DNA of 64,000 nucleotides from Octopus sinensis. Lineage: Eukaryota. Numbering within the stretch: position 1 is the stretch's first letter; every line of letters begins with the position of its first letter. Where the stretch lies: positions 76,818,001 through 76,882,000 of the forward strand of contig NC_043005.1 of assembly GCF_006345805.1 (NCBI RefSeq). The letters are read 5' to 3'. This document shows positions 39,150-53,932 of this stretch, in pieces. The translations under genes and the position numbers were made by a program. Below the pieces are notes generated by a model. It made no database searches. It was not told where the DNA came from and was given only the letters and a program-made list of their open reading frames with translations.

Positions 39150-40650
39150 GCACAAGTTTTATATATAAAATACAAATTCAGAATAATTGAACTGAAGAAT
39201 CCGTTTTTCCTTATTAGTCGCATTTCAAGGCACCTAACTTTAATTCAATGTCGGCTTCAAGACGTTTTGTGCCATAGTTTCATTTATACAAATAATAGGT
39301 AAAACTAATTTTAAAAATAATTGCCTCAGTAACTAAATATGAGCTTGCTAAAGACAAAGCAGAGGTAAATTTCTGACAATTGGTATGGATGCATTGAATC
39401 GTAAAAAAACAACAATTCTGACATGACACTTTTTCGTAATTTGATACCACATTCCTGGTCAAGAGGTAGAAGTCAAATTTTTGAATATACATAATGTTCT
39501 ATGTGAAACAGCCGAGATCTTGACTAATACCTTAGTTTTAAAGATTGGCGAACATGAACTAATGGAAAACGTTATTTTATCTTGTGAGACAACTGCAACA
39601 CAAATTTTGGCGGCATAAGAAACGAGAAAGCAAGAACAAAATACTCCAACAATTAGAATCAAAACTGGAAACAGATCTTGTTAGCAGTAAACACATTCAC
39701 CACAACTGTTGGTGTATTACCAATTTATAGTGAATAGGTTTCAAATATTTTCACATATACACAGTTAATATAATGTGATTTTTGCCGGAGCGGAAAATGA
39801 AATGAAATTACATGATAATATCCGATTTATGTCAATGCTAATAGTAGTTGAAAGAATTCATTAGAGTTTTGGTGGTTTGAAATCCTACTTTTGCTCCCAA
39901 GAACACTTCCCTGAATGATGAAACATTTCTCAGAATATCAATTTAGAGAAATGTATTTCTGGTTTGAACATGGACAGCTTAGCTTTTTCAACAAATCGAT
40001 TCTGTCATGGAAAAGGAAAATTCCAACGCAGTAAATACCAAACCAGAAATACAAAACCTTCTTACAAATATAAAACAATGAAAATCCTATGAATTTGTAC
40101 ATCTAGATGTACCTGGTGCAAAGGCCTTGAGAAAAACTCGAAGATAATGGTGAAAGCTATAAAAAAAGGATGATAGACTTTAAAAGGCTTTTATGAAAAC
40201 TGACTCATACTTTGACTTATGGAGGTGAAATGTGAACAACGTGGAAGATTTGTGTGGTTAAATTGCGGATGTTGAATGACATGCAATGGAGATTGTCCAA
40301 AGGACTGGAAAGCAATTGAAATGTCTTAATAGATTTTGTTATGAGGATTCAATGGTCAAGAACTTTTCAGCATCCTAAGGCAGATGTTTGGACAACACAC
40401 TAGGTAAAGATAAATCGCTGTAAAGAGAGAGTATGTATAAGTATGTAGAGTACATTTCTTTCTGGTGATTCCTCACTATTTGTATGGGTTTTTTTTTCTC
40501 TAATAGATAATTATAATGTGCAGCCAGAAGGGAAAGGTTATAGTCTACTTTCTGCTGACGAAAATAAGCATTCAACTAACCTGTTCTGAATTTTAGAACT
40601 GATTTAAAAATGATAACGAATTTTTTTGTCAAGTACTTTCGAATGAAAAT
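39150..40650 (+). mobile_element. Highly decayed hAT-family transposase
   Basis: Frameshifted fragments IGMDALNRKK, GQEVEVKFLNIHNVLCETAEILTN, DNCNTNFGG, FKYFHIYTV and RFMSMLIVVERI..GLKSYFCSQ occur in hAT order. Confidence 0.65.
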
Positions 40651-41168
40651 TATCAGAACACTGATGATTGAATAGTGTATTACTTGATAGTAAAAATATT
40701 AATTTGCCACAATTCCATTCTGGTAACCATCTACGTAACTGTGGTTTTTGTACGCCTGTTTCTGTCCCATTTTCTTACTGTTCTTTAACGTTAAATCGTT
40801 CTTTAACGTTAATCAGTTAAAGTTAAGTCGTTCGTCTTGCGATCTTTTGCACGCATCACTGCAGTACTTACAAGGATTCGCTTTTGTATATGAATACGTG
40901 CAGTTAGTTTAACATATTTGCAATAATCCTCCTTTCAAATGCGTTGGCTCACGAGGAGTGAAGGCTAAATCTCTTTCAATAACTGACCCACACATCACGA
41001 CTCTTCAGAATTTGCATAACATTCACGTTAGTCTCAGTTTCAACTTCACGAATTATGAAATGCCTTATCCATAAGACTGAAATATGTATATGCATTTGGA
41101 ATTGTTTTGTTATTATGAAGAAAATATGCACACAAATACACACACAAAAACACGAACATACTCCATTT

Positions 41169-41660
41169 ATACGATGTACATTCCCGAAGTTTTGAGATTT
41201 CTTTTATGAGAAGCAGTTATAACTGTCCTAGATTATTGTAATTTTAGTACATCGTTATTATACATCTACTAAGCTGCGCTGCCCACTGTTGTTTTTTATT
41301 CTATATTGAAGGAGACAGCTGGAAAATGCACTTTGAACACACACTACGTAATACTACTTGTCACAGCAAACTAAACACTGTTTACCTCAATTCCATTCTG
41401 GTAACCATCTACGTAACTGAGATGGGAATAAAAACTGCCTCATCCTCCTTACAGTCCAGACCTTTCTCTCTGTGACTTTTGGCTGTTTCTCAAGTTGAAG
41501 GAGAATCTCAGGGACAGTCGTTTGAAAGATGAAGAAAGCTGGCCTTCACTTAGGAGGGCTTCCGTGGGGTCTTCACAAAGTGGTTAGAGTGCTACAAGCT
41601 CACTGAATTCAGAGGAGCCTGAAAGGTTCATAGTATTCGCATGTCCATACCTACACGCAA
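41169..41660 (+). mobile_element. Decayed mariner (TIR + internally deleted transposase)
   Basis: NSILVTIYVTEMGIKT..HPPYSPDLSLCDFWLFLKLKENLR (YSPDL motif), then EGFRGVFTKWLECYK; TIR-like TACGATGTACATTCCCGAAGTTTTGAGATTTC at ~41169. Confidence 0.8.
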
Positions 41661-41948
41661 TTACTATGAGCATTTTTACCCCCTTACTTTTACTCCCTCC
41701 CCTCACTTAGCGGTCATTCAAATAGCTCTTTTGTCTTAACGGTCGATCACACAGAAATATCCCTTTGTATAACGGTCATTTTCATAGCATTTTTTTCCCA
41801 TGGTGAGATAACTGAAGAGATGGCGGCGTGGATTTCCAGCTCGGCATCCGAAACTCGGAATTTTATCATGGCTACCGAATAATTGTCACATATTACATTT
41901 ACAGATAAATTCCTCTATTTATATAATTTGTTGTCTTACGATTTTTAT

Positions 41949-42005
<57 letters not shown>

Positions 42006-42752
42006 GTATGTATGTATGTATGTATGTATGTATGTATGTATGTATGTATGTATGTATGTATACATCTGTAAATATAGGATGGGCTTCCTCACAGTTTTTA
42101 TCAACCGAATTCGCATTCAAAGTATTGGTAGGCCCCCGACTGTTGTAGAAATCACTAGACCAAAATATCGCACAGTTGAATTGAACCCGAAATGACCTGG
42201 TTAGAAAGGGGGCCTCTTAATCACAGAACCATTTCTAAGGATTTGTCAGACATGAACGTCGAGAACCACATTATTGAACGTGTCCTTTTTTATAAGATAC
42301 AATTTGGGAGACTTAATTGTTATTTCTAGCCGAACGAGCGACTGCATAGAGACTCATATCATTGATTCGAAAAGTAGTGGTTGTTTGCCCTTGATAGAGC
42401 AGGGAGATATATGATCAAATACTTCTATCCGTGACCATCTCTTCATTTATTCAAATATATTATGACGGGGACTACACTATCCTGTTTCTCTTGTCATGGG
42501 TAAAACAAGAGAAAGCTATGAGAAAAAAGTAGTTTAGCTGTTATATCTAGCAGTTCGACGGAGCATGACGAGGCAGCCTTATCAGTGACTTGTTATATTT
42601 GTTTGTTGTTGGTAGAGATGGTGCAGATTAGTGCAGGTGCTGTAGTAGTGCTAACACAGCTGAAAGCTGCACAATAAAGTCTATAACAACTGCAGAATTC
42701 AAATCTCACCATCCTTCTGTCCCCCTCCCCACACACAGACATATATATATAT

Positions 42753-42823
<71 letters not shown>

Positions 42824-43094
42824 ATATATCTTCATGCACAAACAGATGCACACACGCACATAGGCTGATATCTACCGGTGTGTGTGTGTGACTGCTACTG
42901 TTTTCCTCTTACAATCTATGTCTGTGTTGCATGCACACACGCGCTCGCACACGCGTGTACTCTGTATATATGTTTCCTGTCTGTCAGAGTCTACCTGTCT
43001 CACTGAATCGTCGCTGCTTCTTTCTCTCTATTTTTCTCTCTCACTGTCTGCCGGTCACTCTCTGCACTTCCTTATATATACATCCATACATCCA

Positions 43095-43130
<36 letters not shown>

Positions 43131-43147
43131 TATATAGATAGATATAC

Positions 43148-43188
<41 letters not shown>

Positions 43189-43690
43189 TACACATACATA
43201 TATATATATATATTATGCACATATACATACACACATACATATACATACGCATACATATATCTGTCCGTTTCTATCCTCCACTCTTCTCTCTCGCTCTCTG
43301 TCACACATACATACTCTCTCTCCTTCTCCAGCCCTGTCTCTCTCCCTCCCTTCCCCTCTCTCTCTCTCTCTTATTAAGTCTAGTCAAACCAATATTACGA
43401 GTTCTTTTTCTCTCTCGTTAATTTCTAGAATTCGTACACAGCAACTATATAACTTGCACGAATTTTATTGATCATAGAGAAATAAATTACAATCAAAGCC
43501 GTTGAGATTAGATTGAAAGGATATAACTAAATATCACATAAATTTTTGTTCGATGATCTACCGATTATGTTTCCCAACAGCTTGCTGCTATATATATATC
43601 TAAAAATATCAAAACGGGCAACGACAAAAAAAGAAGCAAAGTTTGGCCAAATAGGGTTTAGTTTAACGTTTCATTGACGAGTAAGCGTTG

Positions 43691-43724
43691 CTTAACGTTT
43701 CAGATATTAGTCCTTCACCAGAAG
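43691..43724 (-). ncRNA. Degenerate minimal hammerhead motif
   Basis: Minus strand CTT-CTGGTGA-A-GGA-CTAATA-TCT-GAAA-CG-TT-AAG; A6->G in the CUGANGA box. Confidence 0.35.
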
Positions 43725-44376
43725 AAATTAAAATGAGAAGCATATATATATAGAGAGAAAGAGGTGGGGTATAACAAAGGGAGAGAAACAACAGAGGAGG
43801 GAGGTGATGGTTGGCAAAACATAGTGGAATGCTAAATTACAATAAACACACACACACACACACACACATACACACACACACAAACGCGCATATGGTCCGT
43901 AAACCAGACAAAATGTTTTTCAACCTTACGGGCTTTTGTTAGGTGCTAGTGCACACACACTCACTAGTACACTAGTAACACATTCTTACTATCATATGTG
44001 CGGCATCGCTACCTTTATTCTCATATACTCACACACGCTCTCACCTACTCACATATACTCCTTTACACCACTTGTTTCACAATAACCCATGCATTGACAC
44101 ACTCAACCACGCTAAATATACTACTATAGTTCCCGGCTTGCATACATCTATACACATCCTTGCATCGCAGGAATACACACACACACACATACGCATACAT
44201 AAACTCACACACACAAACACACACAGACATACACACATGCACGCACACACATGCACACATACGCAAAATCATTCATCCACCTTATGCTCGCTTCCATACA
44301 GAGATAATTTCTGATACGTGATTCTCTATCATCGCGCCTTTCTCCTTCTATTACTTGTGTCCAGTCTCGTTTCCAC

Positions 44377-44460
<84 letters not shown>

Positions 44461-44823
44461 TTATCAGTGACCTGCCTTAGTAATCCATGGAGATCAAGAA
44501 AAAAAAACAATTGAGAAGAAGGCATAAATTCCAGCGGGAAGTGATAATTTCAAGAAGGACTAAATGATTCAAAGCTTGAAAGTTTTTCCAGCTTTTATCA
44601 GTGGCACCTGTACATCGGCATGAATCGAAACCGAGTCGCAGTCATGATCCACCGGGATCCTCACTACTATATTCAGCGCCAACAATGTATCATACACAAG
44701 TAAGATATTTGGTATCATTTACATTGCTGTATATCATTTCAAACATGTTATACTGGCTTTGTGCCCAGCCAAAATGAATAATTAATATTCTTATATATAT
44801 ATATATATAATATATATATATAT

Positions 44824-44913
<90 letters not shown>

Positions 44914-45065
44914 TGTATGTATGTATGTATGTTGTATGTATGTATGTATGTATTATGTAGTATGTATGTATGTATGTATGTTGTATGTATGTATGTATAT
45001 GTATATATATGTATATATATATGTATGTATGTATATGTATATACATATATATATATATATATATG

Positions 45066-45126
<61 letters not shown>

Positions 45127-45159
45127 GTACGTATATATATGTATATATATATGTATATA

Positions 45160-45229
<70 letters not shown>

Positions 45230-45448
45230 TCATACACACACACACACACAAAACACCACTCTATGCTCGGAAGCGAACAAAACAACAGTGAAATGCGCAA
45301 GTGGATTTATTGTTACTTCTCGAATTCAAATTGGTGCTCATAAAATATAATGTTGCATATCGTTTATATTAAAAATATAAATTTATGAATAATTGAAGCA
45401 CAATATATGTGTACATATCTCACTCTCCCCCTCTCTCCATCTCTCTCC

Positions 45449-45481
<33 letters not shown>

Positions 45482-45504
45482 CACACACATACACACACAC
45501 ACAC

Positions 45505-45538
<34 letters not shown>

Positions 45539-45543
45539 ATATG

Positions 45544-45590
<47 letters not shown>

Positions 45591-45696
45591 TATGTATAAT
45601 ATATATATGTATACACATGTATATATATATGTACATCCACATACATACATACATACTTACATATATACGCACACACATATACGTATGTGTGTATAT

Positions 45697-45748
<52 letters not shown>

Positions 45749-46593
45749 GCATAATATATATGCAGATATATATACACACGCTCGAGCGTGTGTATTATAC
45801 GTGAATGTGAGTATATTTCAGTTAGCTTCAGATTCCTGGCACGATATACACATGGTGCCCCCAACACCATCCTGTACAAATCCCCTCTTCTACACACACG
45901 AACAAACCGTATATAGACATATATACACACACATATCATATAAGAAGAGTGGGGAATGCAGAGAAAGATAATTGATTTTGAGGACAAGCCAAATGCAAAG
46001 CAGCATGAATGGACATGCCAACAAGTATGATTGCGAACCATGTCAGGACGTGTAAAGGGAACATTCATGATAAAAGCAAATGGTTAAATTTGGGATCGAG
46101 TGATTGTTCTGTATTTTATTGGACTGCGAAGTTGACAATAACCGTTTCTGTGTTTCGTTGTTCCCTATTGCTTCCTGCTTGCTCCCAAACGATGTCGCCC
46201 ATTGAGAAATGCAAAAGTTTATCCATCGACATTGTATGAATAGAATAATAAATAGATAAATTGTACATGAAAGAAATATAACGAAATATAACTGTGTTTA
46301 TAATGCGCTCTTGTTTAGAAACCTTATAATCAGACAGAAATATATAAGCGAGAAGAGAGAAGAAAGCAGAAAAAAATGCAGTTGCTTTAGTGTTATATAG
46401 TTATTGATTAATGTGGTGTTTGATATTAGCAAATGAAAGCACGGAAAAGAAAAAGAAAGCCAAAGAGAGAGAGGAAGAGAGAAGGAGAGAGAGAGAAAGA
46501 GAGGCAGTAACGTAGAAAGTATTGTTTCTAATCGTTACTGAGTGATAAATAAGACAAAATGTTCATTTTTTTTAACCTTTAGTATTATTTTAT

Positions 46594-47270
46594 GAGGGCG
46601 CATGGCCTTGCGGTTAGGGTGTTGTACTCACGACTGCGAGATCGCGGTTTCAATTTGTGGACCGGGTGGAGTGTTGTGTTCTTGAGCAAGACACTTCATA
46701 TTACGTTACCCTTCGGTCGCTTCCGACACCTGACGTGTGGTGCATCGTGCATTTGTTCCAGTAACATCATTTGATGCAGGGCGTGAGCTAATGTACGTCA
46801 CATACATTTGATCGTTGTAAACAAGTTGTTTGTACAGGTTGTTCAGGATAAATGGCAGAACCGTCTTTCGCGGACTACGAGAGATACCACCAGTATTATT
46901 TTTTCGACCCCGGAAGGACAGAAGCTAAAACTGACTTCGGCGAGATTTGAACCCTGACGCAAAATTGTGGGAAGAAATAGCATAAGACATTTTTTCGGAA
47001 ACTCGAATGATTATACAATCCTATGCCCTTTATATGTCCCAAATAATTCTTTCGAATTTTGGCACAAGACCAGAAATTTTGAAGCGAGGAGGCAAGTCTA
47101 TATAATTGACTCCAGTATTTGACTGTTGTGGAGGCGCAATGACCCAGTGGTTAGGGCAGCGGACTCGCGGTCGGAGGATCGCGGTTCCGATTCCCAGACC
47201 GGGCGTTGTGTGTGTTTATTGAGCGAAAACACCTAAAGCTTCACGAGCTCCGGCAGGGGGTTTGGTCTGG
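46594..47270. mobile_element. Cluster of tRNA-derived SINEs (+ ~46594-46900; - ~46900-47110; + ~47128-47270)
   Basis: tRNA-like A/B-box heads followed by SINE body motifs (CTTGAGCAAGACACTT; TTGAGCGAAAACACCTAAAG). Confidence 0.7.
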
Positions 47271-47959
47271 AATCGACTTGGGTGCAGGCTCACTTGCTTA
47301 ACAACTTCACGATATATTATGGTAACCAAGAAGAAGATCCGAATTCCAGGAACATATGCACTGGCACGATTTTTAAACGATTGCGTGTCAACGATCATAC
47401 AACTCTTGAATCTCAATATATGGATGATCATCTTAGACTCGAAACATAATTCCGTGGTCCTGGCCGTGAACATCAGGGAAAGTTCAGTTGCTGTTAATGT
47501 CTTCACTAAGGCAGGGCGACCACATTACTTTAAACCACACCCACCTCATTCACGGGAATGAATCCAATATGGCAACTAGATTCCTTTTATATACCTGTTG
47601 TCATGAAAATCGTATCTAGATAATTAGTTAGCGGCAAATATTTTGATTGTCTGCTAATTTGTCTGCAAGCCTTTAATCTGCATATTTAAATTGAAATGCA
47701 GAGGCAGGGATAGGTTTGTGTGTGTGTATGACGGTATGTGGCGTAATGGGTAGCGAATTCTACTCACGATTGTAAGGTCGTTAGTTCGATACCCGGAGAT
47801 ACGCTATGTCCTTGAGCAAGGCACTTTACTTCACATTGCTCCACTCCACTAAGCTGGCAAAAATGAGAAGTACCTGTAATTCGAAGGGCCAACCTTGGCA
47901 CATTCTGTGTTACGCTGAGTTTCCATGAAAACTATGTGCTAATATTTCTGCCAGCTCAC

Positions 47960-47993
<34 letters not shown>

Positions 47994-48066
47994 GGCTGGA
48001 TGTCTGTCTGTCTGACTATCTACTTATCTACCTACCTCTCTCTCTCTCTCTCTCTCTCTGTATGTG

Positions 48067-48111
<45 letters not shown>

Positions 48112-48244
48112 TATGCTGAATAGCCGCTTCTAGTGTCATTCGTTCACAAAACAACCACCTCAATATGAACACACCATTCTCATTTCTGCCAAAATATTGC
48201 CTGGATATTTATGTTGTGAAGACACAAACATATATATATATATA

Positions 48245-49372
48245 TATACGACGGGCTTCTTTCAGTTTCCGTCCACCAAATTCACTCACAAGGCTTTGTT
48301 CGGCTCAAGGCTATAGTAGAAGACACTTGCTCAAGGTGCCAGGTAGTTGGACTGAACCCAGAACCATGTGGTTGAGAAGCGAGCTTCTTACAATACAGTT
48401 ACACCTCACATACACACACACACACACACACATCTACATCTACAGCTAATTGCCTCCACACAATTTCTGCCTTCCAAATTCTCTCACAACGCATCGGTCG
48501 GCCCGGCGATATAGTAACACACACATTTGCTCAACGTACCACGCGTTGGAACTGAACCCAAAACCACGTGGCTACAAAGCTGCCGTTTGAAACACGCAGC
48601 CCCAGCCCCGTGTCTCTATAGACCGCATATCTTATACCGTTTTCTGTAGCTCAAATATTTCGTTCTAGTTTTACTCCTTTATCCATACAATCGTTTTAGT
48701 TGCATTCTCACGGGACGGAGATTTCTACCAAGTTAAAAGAAAGACACTATTAGATTCAACTGTTATTCTTCAGGGGAAATATTTTATTAAGAATTCCATA
48801 TATTTTAGCCACATTTCACGAACTTCAACTAAAGGAATCGTTCTAGAATACATAAATATCGAATGTGGTCCTTATGTTTTGAAGCTTTGCTACTGGTGCT
48901 GTTGATATTTTCGTTTATCTCATTAATTTTGCTCCGTTGAATCGAACGAAGTATGATTAGCTATTGGGTATCGTGTCAATATTATGCAAATAGTACCCCT
49001 TTCATCATGTATAACAAAATTATTGATTATCGACTTGGTTCAGTTGTCACAGAAGTGTTTGCTAACACAAATATAAAATACTAGAGAAATAATGGTACAA
49101 ATTAGGACGGCAGTTACGTTTAGATAATGCGAGAAGGAATTCATTTTATGCATAAAATATTACGGAGAGGGGTGGTATCCATTTTTTGAATTTAAATAGT
49201 AATTTTACAGAATTCCTATACACGTGAACTTTTAAGATATGATCGACTACAGAGAGGTTCAAGGCTAAGAATTAGAACACGTGTCTGTTGATGTTAGTCT
49301 TTTGTAATAAATAAATAATAAAAACATACACACATACATAACTATATATATGTATGTATGCATTTATGCATG

Positions 49373-49420
<48 letters not shown>

Positions 49421-49704
49421 AGTGTGTGTGTGTATATATATATTTCCGTCTACCAAATTCCACTCACAAGGCTTCCCAAGGTGCCAAGCAGCGGAACTGA
49501 ACCCGGAACCATGTGGTTGGGAAGCAAGCTTCTTACCACACAGCCACAGAGTGAGACTTTATATATGTGCGTATATGTGTGTGTGTCGTGGAGGGTGTTC
49601 GGTATTATAGGCCACACAACGCCTTTTTTGCGAATTCGGAAAAAGTGGAGGCCGTTACACACGCGCCCGCACTCACATACACACACACACTCACACACAC
49701 ACTC

Positions 49705-49749
<45 letters not shown>

Positions 49750-49960
49750 AACACATTGTGTGCTTGTGTGTTTGTGTCTCACCACCGCTTGACAACCGGT
49801 GGTAGTTCGTTGATATACGCCATCACAATGTAGAGGTTCGGTAAAATCGACCGATATAGTTAGTACCAGACTACAAAAGAAAAAGAAAAAGACATTAGTC
49901 TCGATTTATTCCACTAAACAGTTGAAGGATGTGCCCCAGTATGCCAGCGGTCCAATGACT
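48245..49960. mobile_element. Partial CORE-like SINE copies (- ~48245-48400, - ~48470-48600, - ~49440-49545, + 3' half ~49760-49975)
   Basis: Match halves of the 23176 family. Confidence 0.7.
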
Positions 49961-50120
49961 GAAAAAATAAAAGGTGAAAGAAATATATACCTTATCAAGA
50001 TCAAGTACAAAATTTTGAATACATACATACATACACTCACATGCACGCGCACAAGACACACTCACATATACACTTATAAATATACTTGGGTGTGTATATA
50101 TAAATACACAGATATATATG

Positions 50121-50163
<43 letters not shown>

Positions 50164-51129
50164 CTCAGTTTTCGCATATATATATATGCATTTTTATGAA
50201 TATATACCTATACATTTATAGGCATAAATAAAAACATATATATACATATACAACACACACACACATATATATGTACACGCACCTACTCTTATATATATAT
50301 GTGTGTGTGTATGTGTGTGTGTGTTTGCGTGTATGAATATGTGTCTGTATGTATACATATTCAGACAAATACTCGCATACTTGTCCCTATGTGAGTATAC
50401 GTGAGTGTGTGGTGTCTCTGTGTGTGTGTCTCTGTGTGTACACTTCAAATTTTATCGATACACCGTGTTTTACAATCTTATTAGAAATTCAACAATTTAT
50501 TTGCAAATAAAATCTATCTTAAAATGCTTATATGAATATATTTGAAAATATATTCCTAGCAATAAATATTTCCCCAACAATTTCCTTCAATAACCAACTC
50601 TTTCATCCTTTGTTTTGATCACGCCAATTACTTGTACACATAAATAAATAAATGTATTTTACTATACTGATAAAATCTCTTAATTTTTAGAAGAGGGTAA
50701 AATCATTTATTGTTGTATATGTGCTATGAAGTATATTTAAATAAAAAAAAAGCTACAAAGGTTGACGAATGTAAGCTCATACACGTACAGATACAAACAC
50801 ACTTATTTACGTGTACATACCCTCACTCTCTTTCTGTCTCACTATATATATGCATATGCATATACACACATATCCACATACGTATAAACGCCTATATTTT
50901 CTGCTTTGTCTACCATAGATATTCTTATATATCGTTGTTCTCTATGCGCTTCTGTTCTTCCCTTGTTTACGCCTTTCTATTTCATTTGAACCCGAATTTT
51001 TTTACTGTATATCCTTTCTATTGTCTTGCTTATTTCCGTATTGCCTCTTCCGATCTCCTGGAATCATTGGACAATAGCAGGGGTTCAATTATCGTTTATG
51101 CGTCTTGCAACTTGTCACAATTGAGGCAC

Positions 51130-51350
51130 AATTTTAGAACGCTTGCTAGCTATTTTCCGGGTTGCGGATCCGTGGAACAGGCTGCCAGACGAGATGGTGA
51201 AGATGCCGACGACCGCTTTGTTCAAAGCCTCCCTTGACCTCAAGTGGCCTGAACTCTTTACATGAACACCACCCTGTACTTAACTCCATGTCCCCCTACA
51301 TGGCCTTGCTATTTGCTTTTGAGCCAAATTAACTAACTAACTAACTAACT
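51130..51350 (+). mobile_element. CR1-type LINE 3' end with (TAAC)n tail
   Basis: FRVADPWNRLPDEMVKMPTTALFKASLDLKWPELFT* followed by a short UTR and AATTAACTAACTAACTAACTAACT. Confidence 0.8.
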
Positions 51351-51860
51351 ATTTATGACTATTAAAAAGGAAAATATTCGCTGTATAAAATCAAATGGAA
51401 ACTGTTGGACGCCTGGGCCATATCGGAATGGGAGTAGCTTATTCCAAAAGCGAAATATTTAGATGCTGCCCTTATGAACAGAAGTTCGTTTTGACAATCT
51501 CATCATTCTCATTTTCGAACTGGAGAACAGCTATATATGTAAACACTCAAACAGCTGGCACGCTTCAAAAGTGGCTGATATCGTCGTTCCTCCCAGAAAA
51601 TTTAATAAGTTTTAACTATGCTTAATGATTCCTTTTGACAACACTAAGCTGACTAGGACTGCGTTTCGAGCATTGCTCTTCTGCAGAAAGAGCAGAAATA
51701 AGAAAGTCGAAAAGAAAAGGAAGACGGAGGAAAAAATCGCCAACAGTCCACAAACACACACACACACACACATGCGTACATATGTGTATATACACACACA
51801 CAAACTCACGCGCGCACTCACAAACACACACATATAAATATATATTTTTTTCTTTTTCCA

Positions 51861-52147
51861 CAACAAACAGAAAATATGACCTACCTATATATATATATAA
51901 TTAAAAAAACGTGTAGTAAATAAACAAACGAACATATACTAAATACACAGACAGACAGAAAACAGAAGGTCACCAATTCTTAATCAGTTACCGGCCAGAG
52001 GGTCTTGCGTTTGACCCTCTGGCCGATAACTGATTAAGGAGAGGTGACCTTCTGTGTTTTCAGTCCGTCTGTGTGTTTAGTCTGTTTGTAAATTTACTAC
52101 ACGTTTTTTAGTTATATATATAGTTAGGTCATATTTTCCGTTTGTTG
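51861..52147. repeat. ~287-bp palindrome with an 8-nt loop
   Basis: Arms 51861-52004 and 52013-52147; centre CGGCCAGAGGGTC-TTGCGTTT-GACCCTCTGGCCG. Confidence 0.9.
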
Positions 52148-52216
52148 TCTTTTTATTTCATCCTGAAAATATTATTTATGCAACGTATGCACTCCTTAAT
52201 TTTATACACACACACA

Positions 52217-52260
<44 letters not shown>

Positions 52261-52494
52261 TATATATATATATATATATATACATTTATTTATTTATTCT
52301 CTTGTTTCAGCCATTTGACGGTAACCATGCTAGAGTACTGACTTAAAGGGTTTTAATTGGAGAAATCAACCCCAGGACTTTTTTTTATGCCTAGATCTTA
52401 TTCTATCGCTTTCTTTTGCCAAACCGGTAAGTTACGGGTACATAGAAACACCACCATCGGTTGTCAAGCAATGACAGGGGAACACACACACACA

Positions 52495-52531
<37 letters not shown>

Positions 52532-52727
52532 ACTGGCTTCTTCCAGTCTCCGTCAAACAAATCCACTCACAAGGCTTTGGTCGGCCAAACGACCAAATTA
52601 AATTAGTTCAAATATATTTGTGACATTTTAATTTCTAAAAGCAAGTTCGCTGCAGTTTACTGTGGAAGAGAGGTTTTTGCTCATGGTGAAAGATGTAGAA
52701 ACACTTTATTCACTTAACGTAGTTCAT

Positions 52728-52768
52728 TTCTAGACGCGTTTCTAGTTACTTACTCTTCATCAGTAGAA
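52728..52768 (-). ncRNA. Minimal type I hammerhead ribozyme motif, copy 1
   Basis: Minus strand TTCTA-CTGATGA-A-GAGT-AAGTA-ACTA-GAAA-CGCG-TC-TAGAA: 5-bp stem I, intact boxes, palindromic stem III ACGCGU, GUC site; the G10.1-C11.1 pair is mutated to G/A. Confidence 0.6.
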
Positions 52769-53123
52769 GTTACCACCGAAGCAGAAACCAAGTTAGATTA
52801 TAAAGCCGTAGGTTTATCTTAGAGAAATAAACAGACTTGGGCTTAGTACAAATATGCCTGGAACATTTTAACTTCTAAAGACAAATTGACTATAGTTTAC
52901 CGTGGAGAAAAGCAACTCGCTTATGGCAAAAGATGTAAAACACCTTATCTGTTCATTGTCTTCTCCTATCAGGGTCTTGAACGCTTTTTAGCTCTTCAGC
53001 CTACCTCAGTAAAAAATACCAAACTTTTAAATTATCAAACCGTAGCTTTATCTTAGATCAGTCAACATCTGTGACTGACTTGCGCTCGCGGACATCCTCG
53101 TCAGAACAAGTATAGTAGTAGCG

Positions 53124-53382
53124 ATGAACTGGGAATGACGATGAGTTGGAAATGGCGATGAGCTGGCAGAAACGTTAGCACGCCGGGCGAAATGCTTTTC
53201 AGTATTTCGTCTGCCGTTACGTTCTGAGTTCAAATTCCGCCGAGGTCGACTTTGCCTTTCATCCTTTCGGGGTCGATAATTAAGTACCAGTTACGCACTG
53301 GGGTCGATGTAATTCGAGTTAATCCCTTTGTCTGTCCTTGTTTGTCCCCTCTATGTTTAGCCCCTTGTGGGCAATAAGAAAT
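53124..53382 (+). mobile_element. LINE-tailed Meta-type SINE with 16-bp TSD (duplicate at ~54329-54589)
   Basis: TSD AAGTATAGTAGTAGCG (53108-53123) / AAGTATAATAGTAGCG (53383-53398); canonical head, core and TGTTTAGCCCCTTGTGGGCAATAA(A)GAAAT tail. Confidence 0.85.
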
Positions 53383-53932
53383 AAGTATAATAGTAGCGGC
53401 ATATTTTAAGAAGCCCAATTTTGTACATAGTAGCATTGTATATTGAGAGTATAGTGTAGTGAAGTTGGTTAAGTATCTCCCTGAGACCTTGTTATTTTAC
53501 TAATAAAATAATGAAATTATGATTTTTAACAGACACATAATATATATATATTCCAATAAGTAATAAAGAAAAAGAAGATGAAATCTTGTTTCGTGAGCAA
53601 ACCCTTTTATGCATGTGAATGTGTATACATATATATATACATATGTGTGTGTGTGTGTGTGTGTGCATGTATGTATATATATGTTTGTATACACACATAT
53701 ATATGTATATATATATTATATATATATATATATAGGACTGGCTTCTTCCAGTCTCCGTCAAACAAATCCACTCACAAGGCTTTGGTCGGCCAAACGACCA
53801 AATTAAATTAGTTCAAATATATTTGTGACATTTTAATTTCTAAAAGCAAGTTCGCTGCAGTTTACTGTGGAAGAGAGGTTTTTGCTCATGGTGAAAGATG
53901 TAGAAACACTTTATTCACTTAACGTAGTTCAT

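Noticed and set aside
47128-47205. tRNA-like sequence
   Set aside because: No proper acceptor stem, and it continues directly into a SINE body; it is a SINE head (same for the other tRNA-like heads).
53070-53112. CTGACGAGGATGTCC.. on the minus strand as a further hammerhead
   Set aside because: The GAAA box is replaced by GCGA and stems I/III do not pair convincingly.
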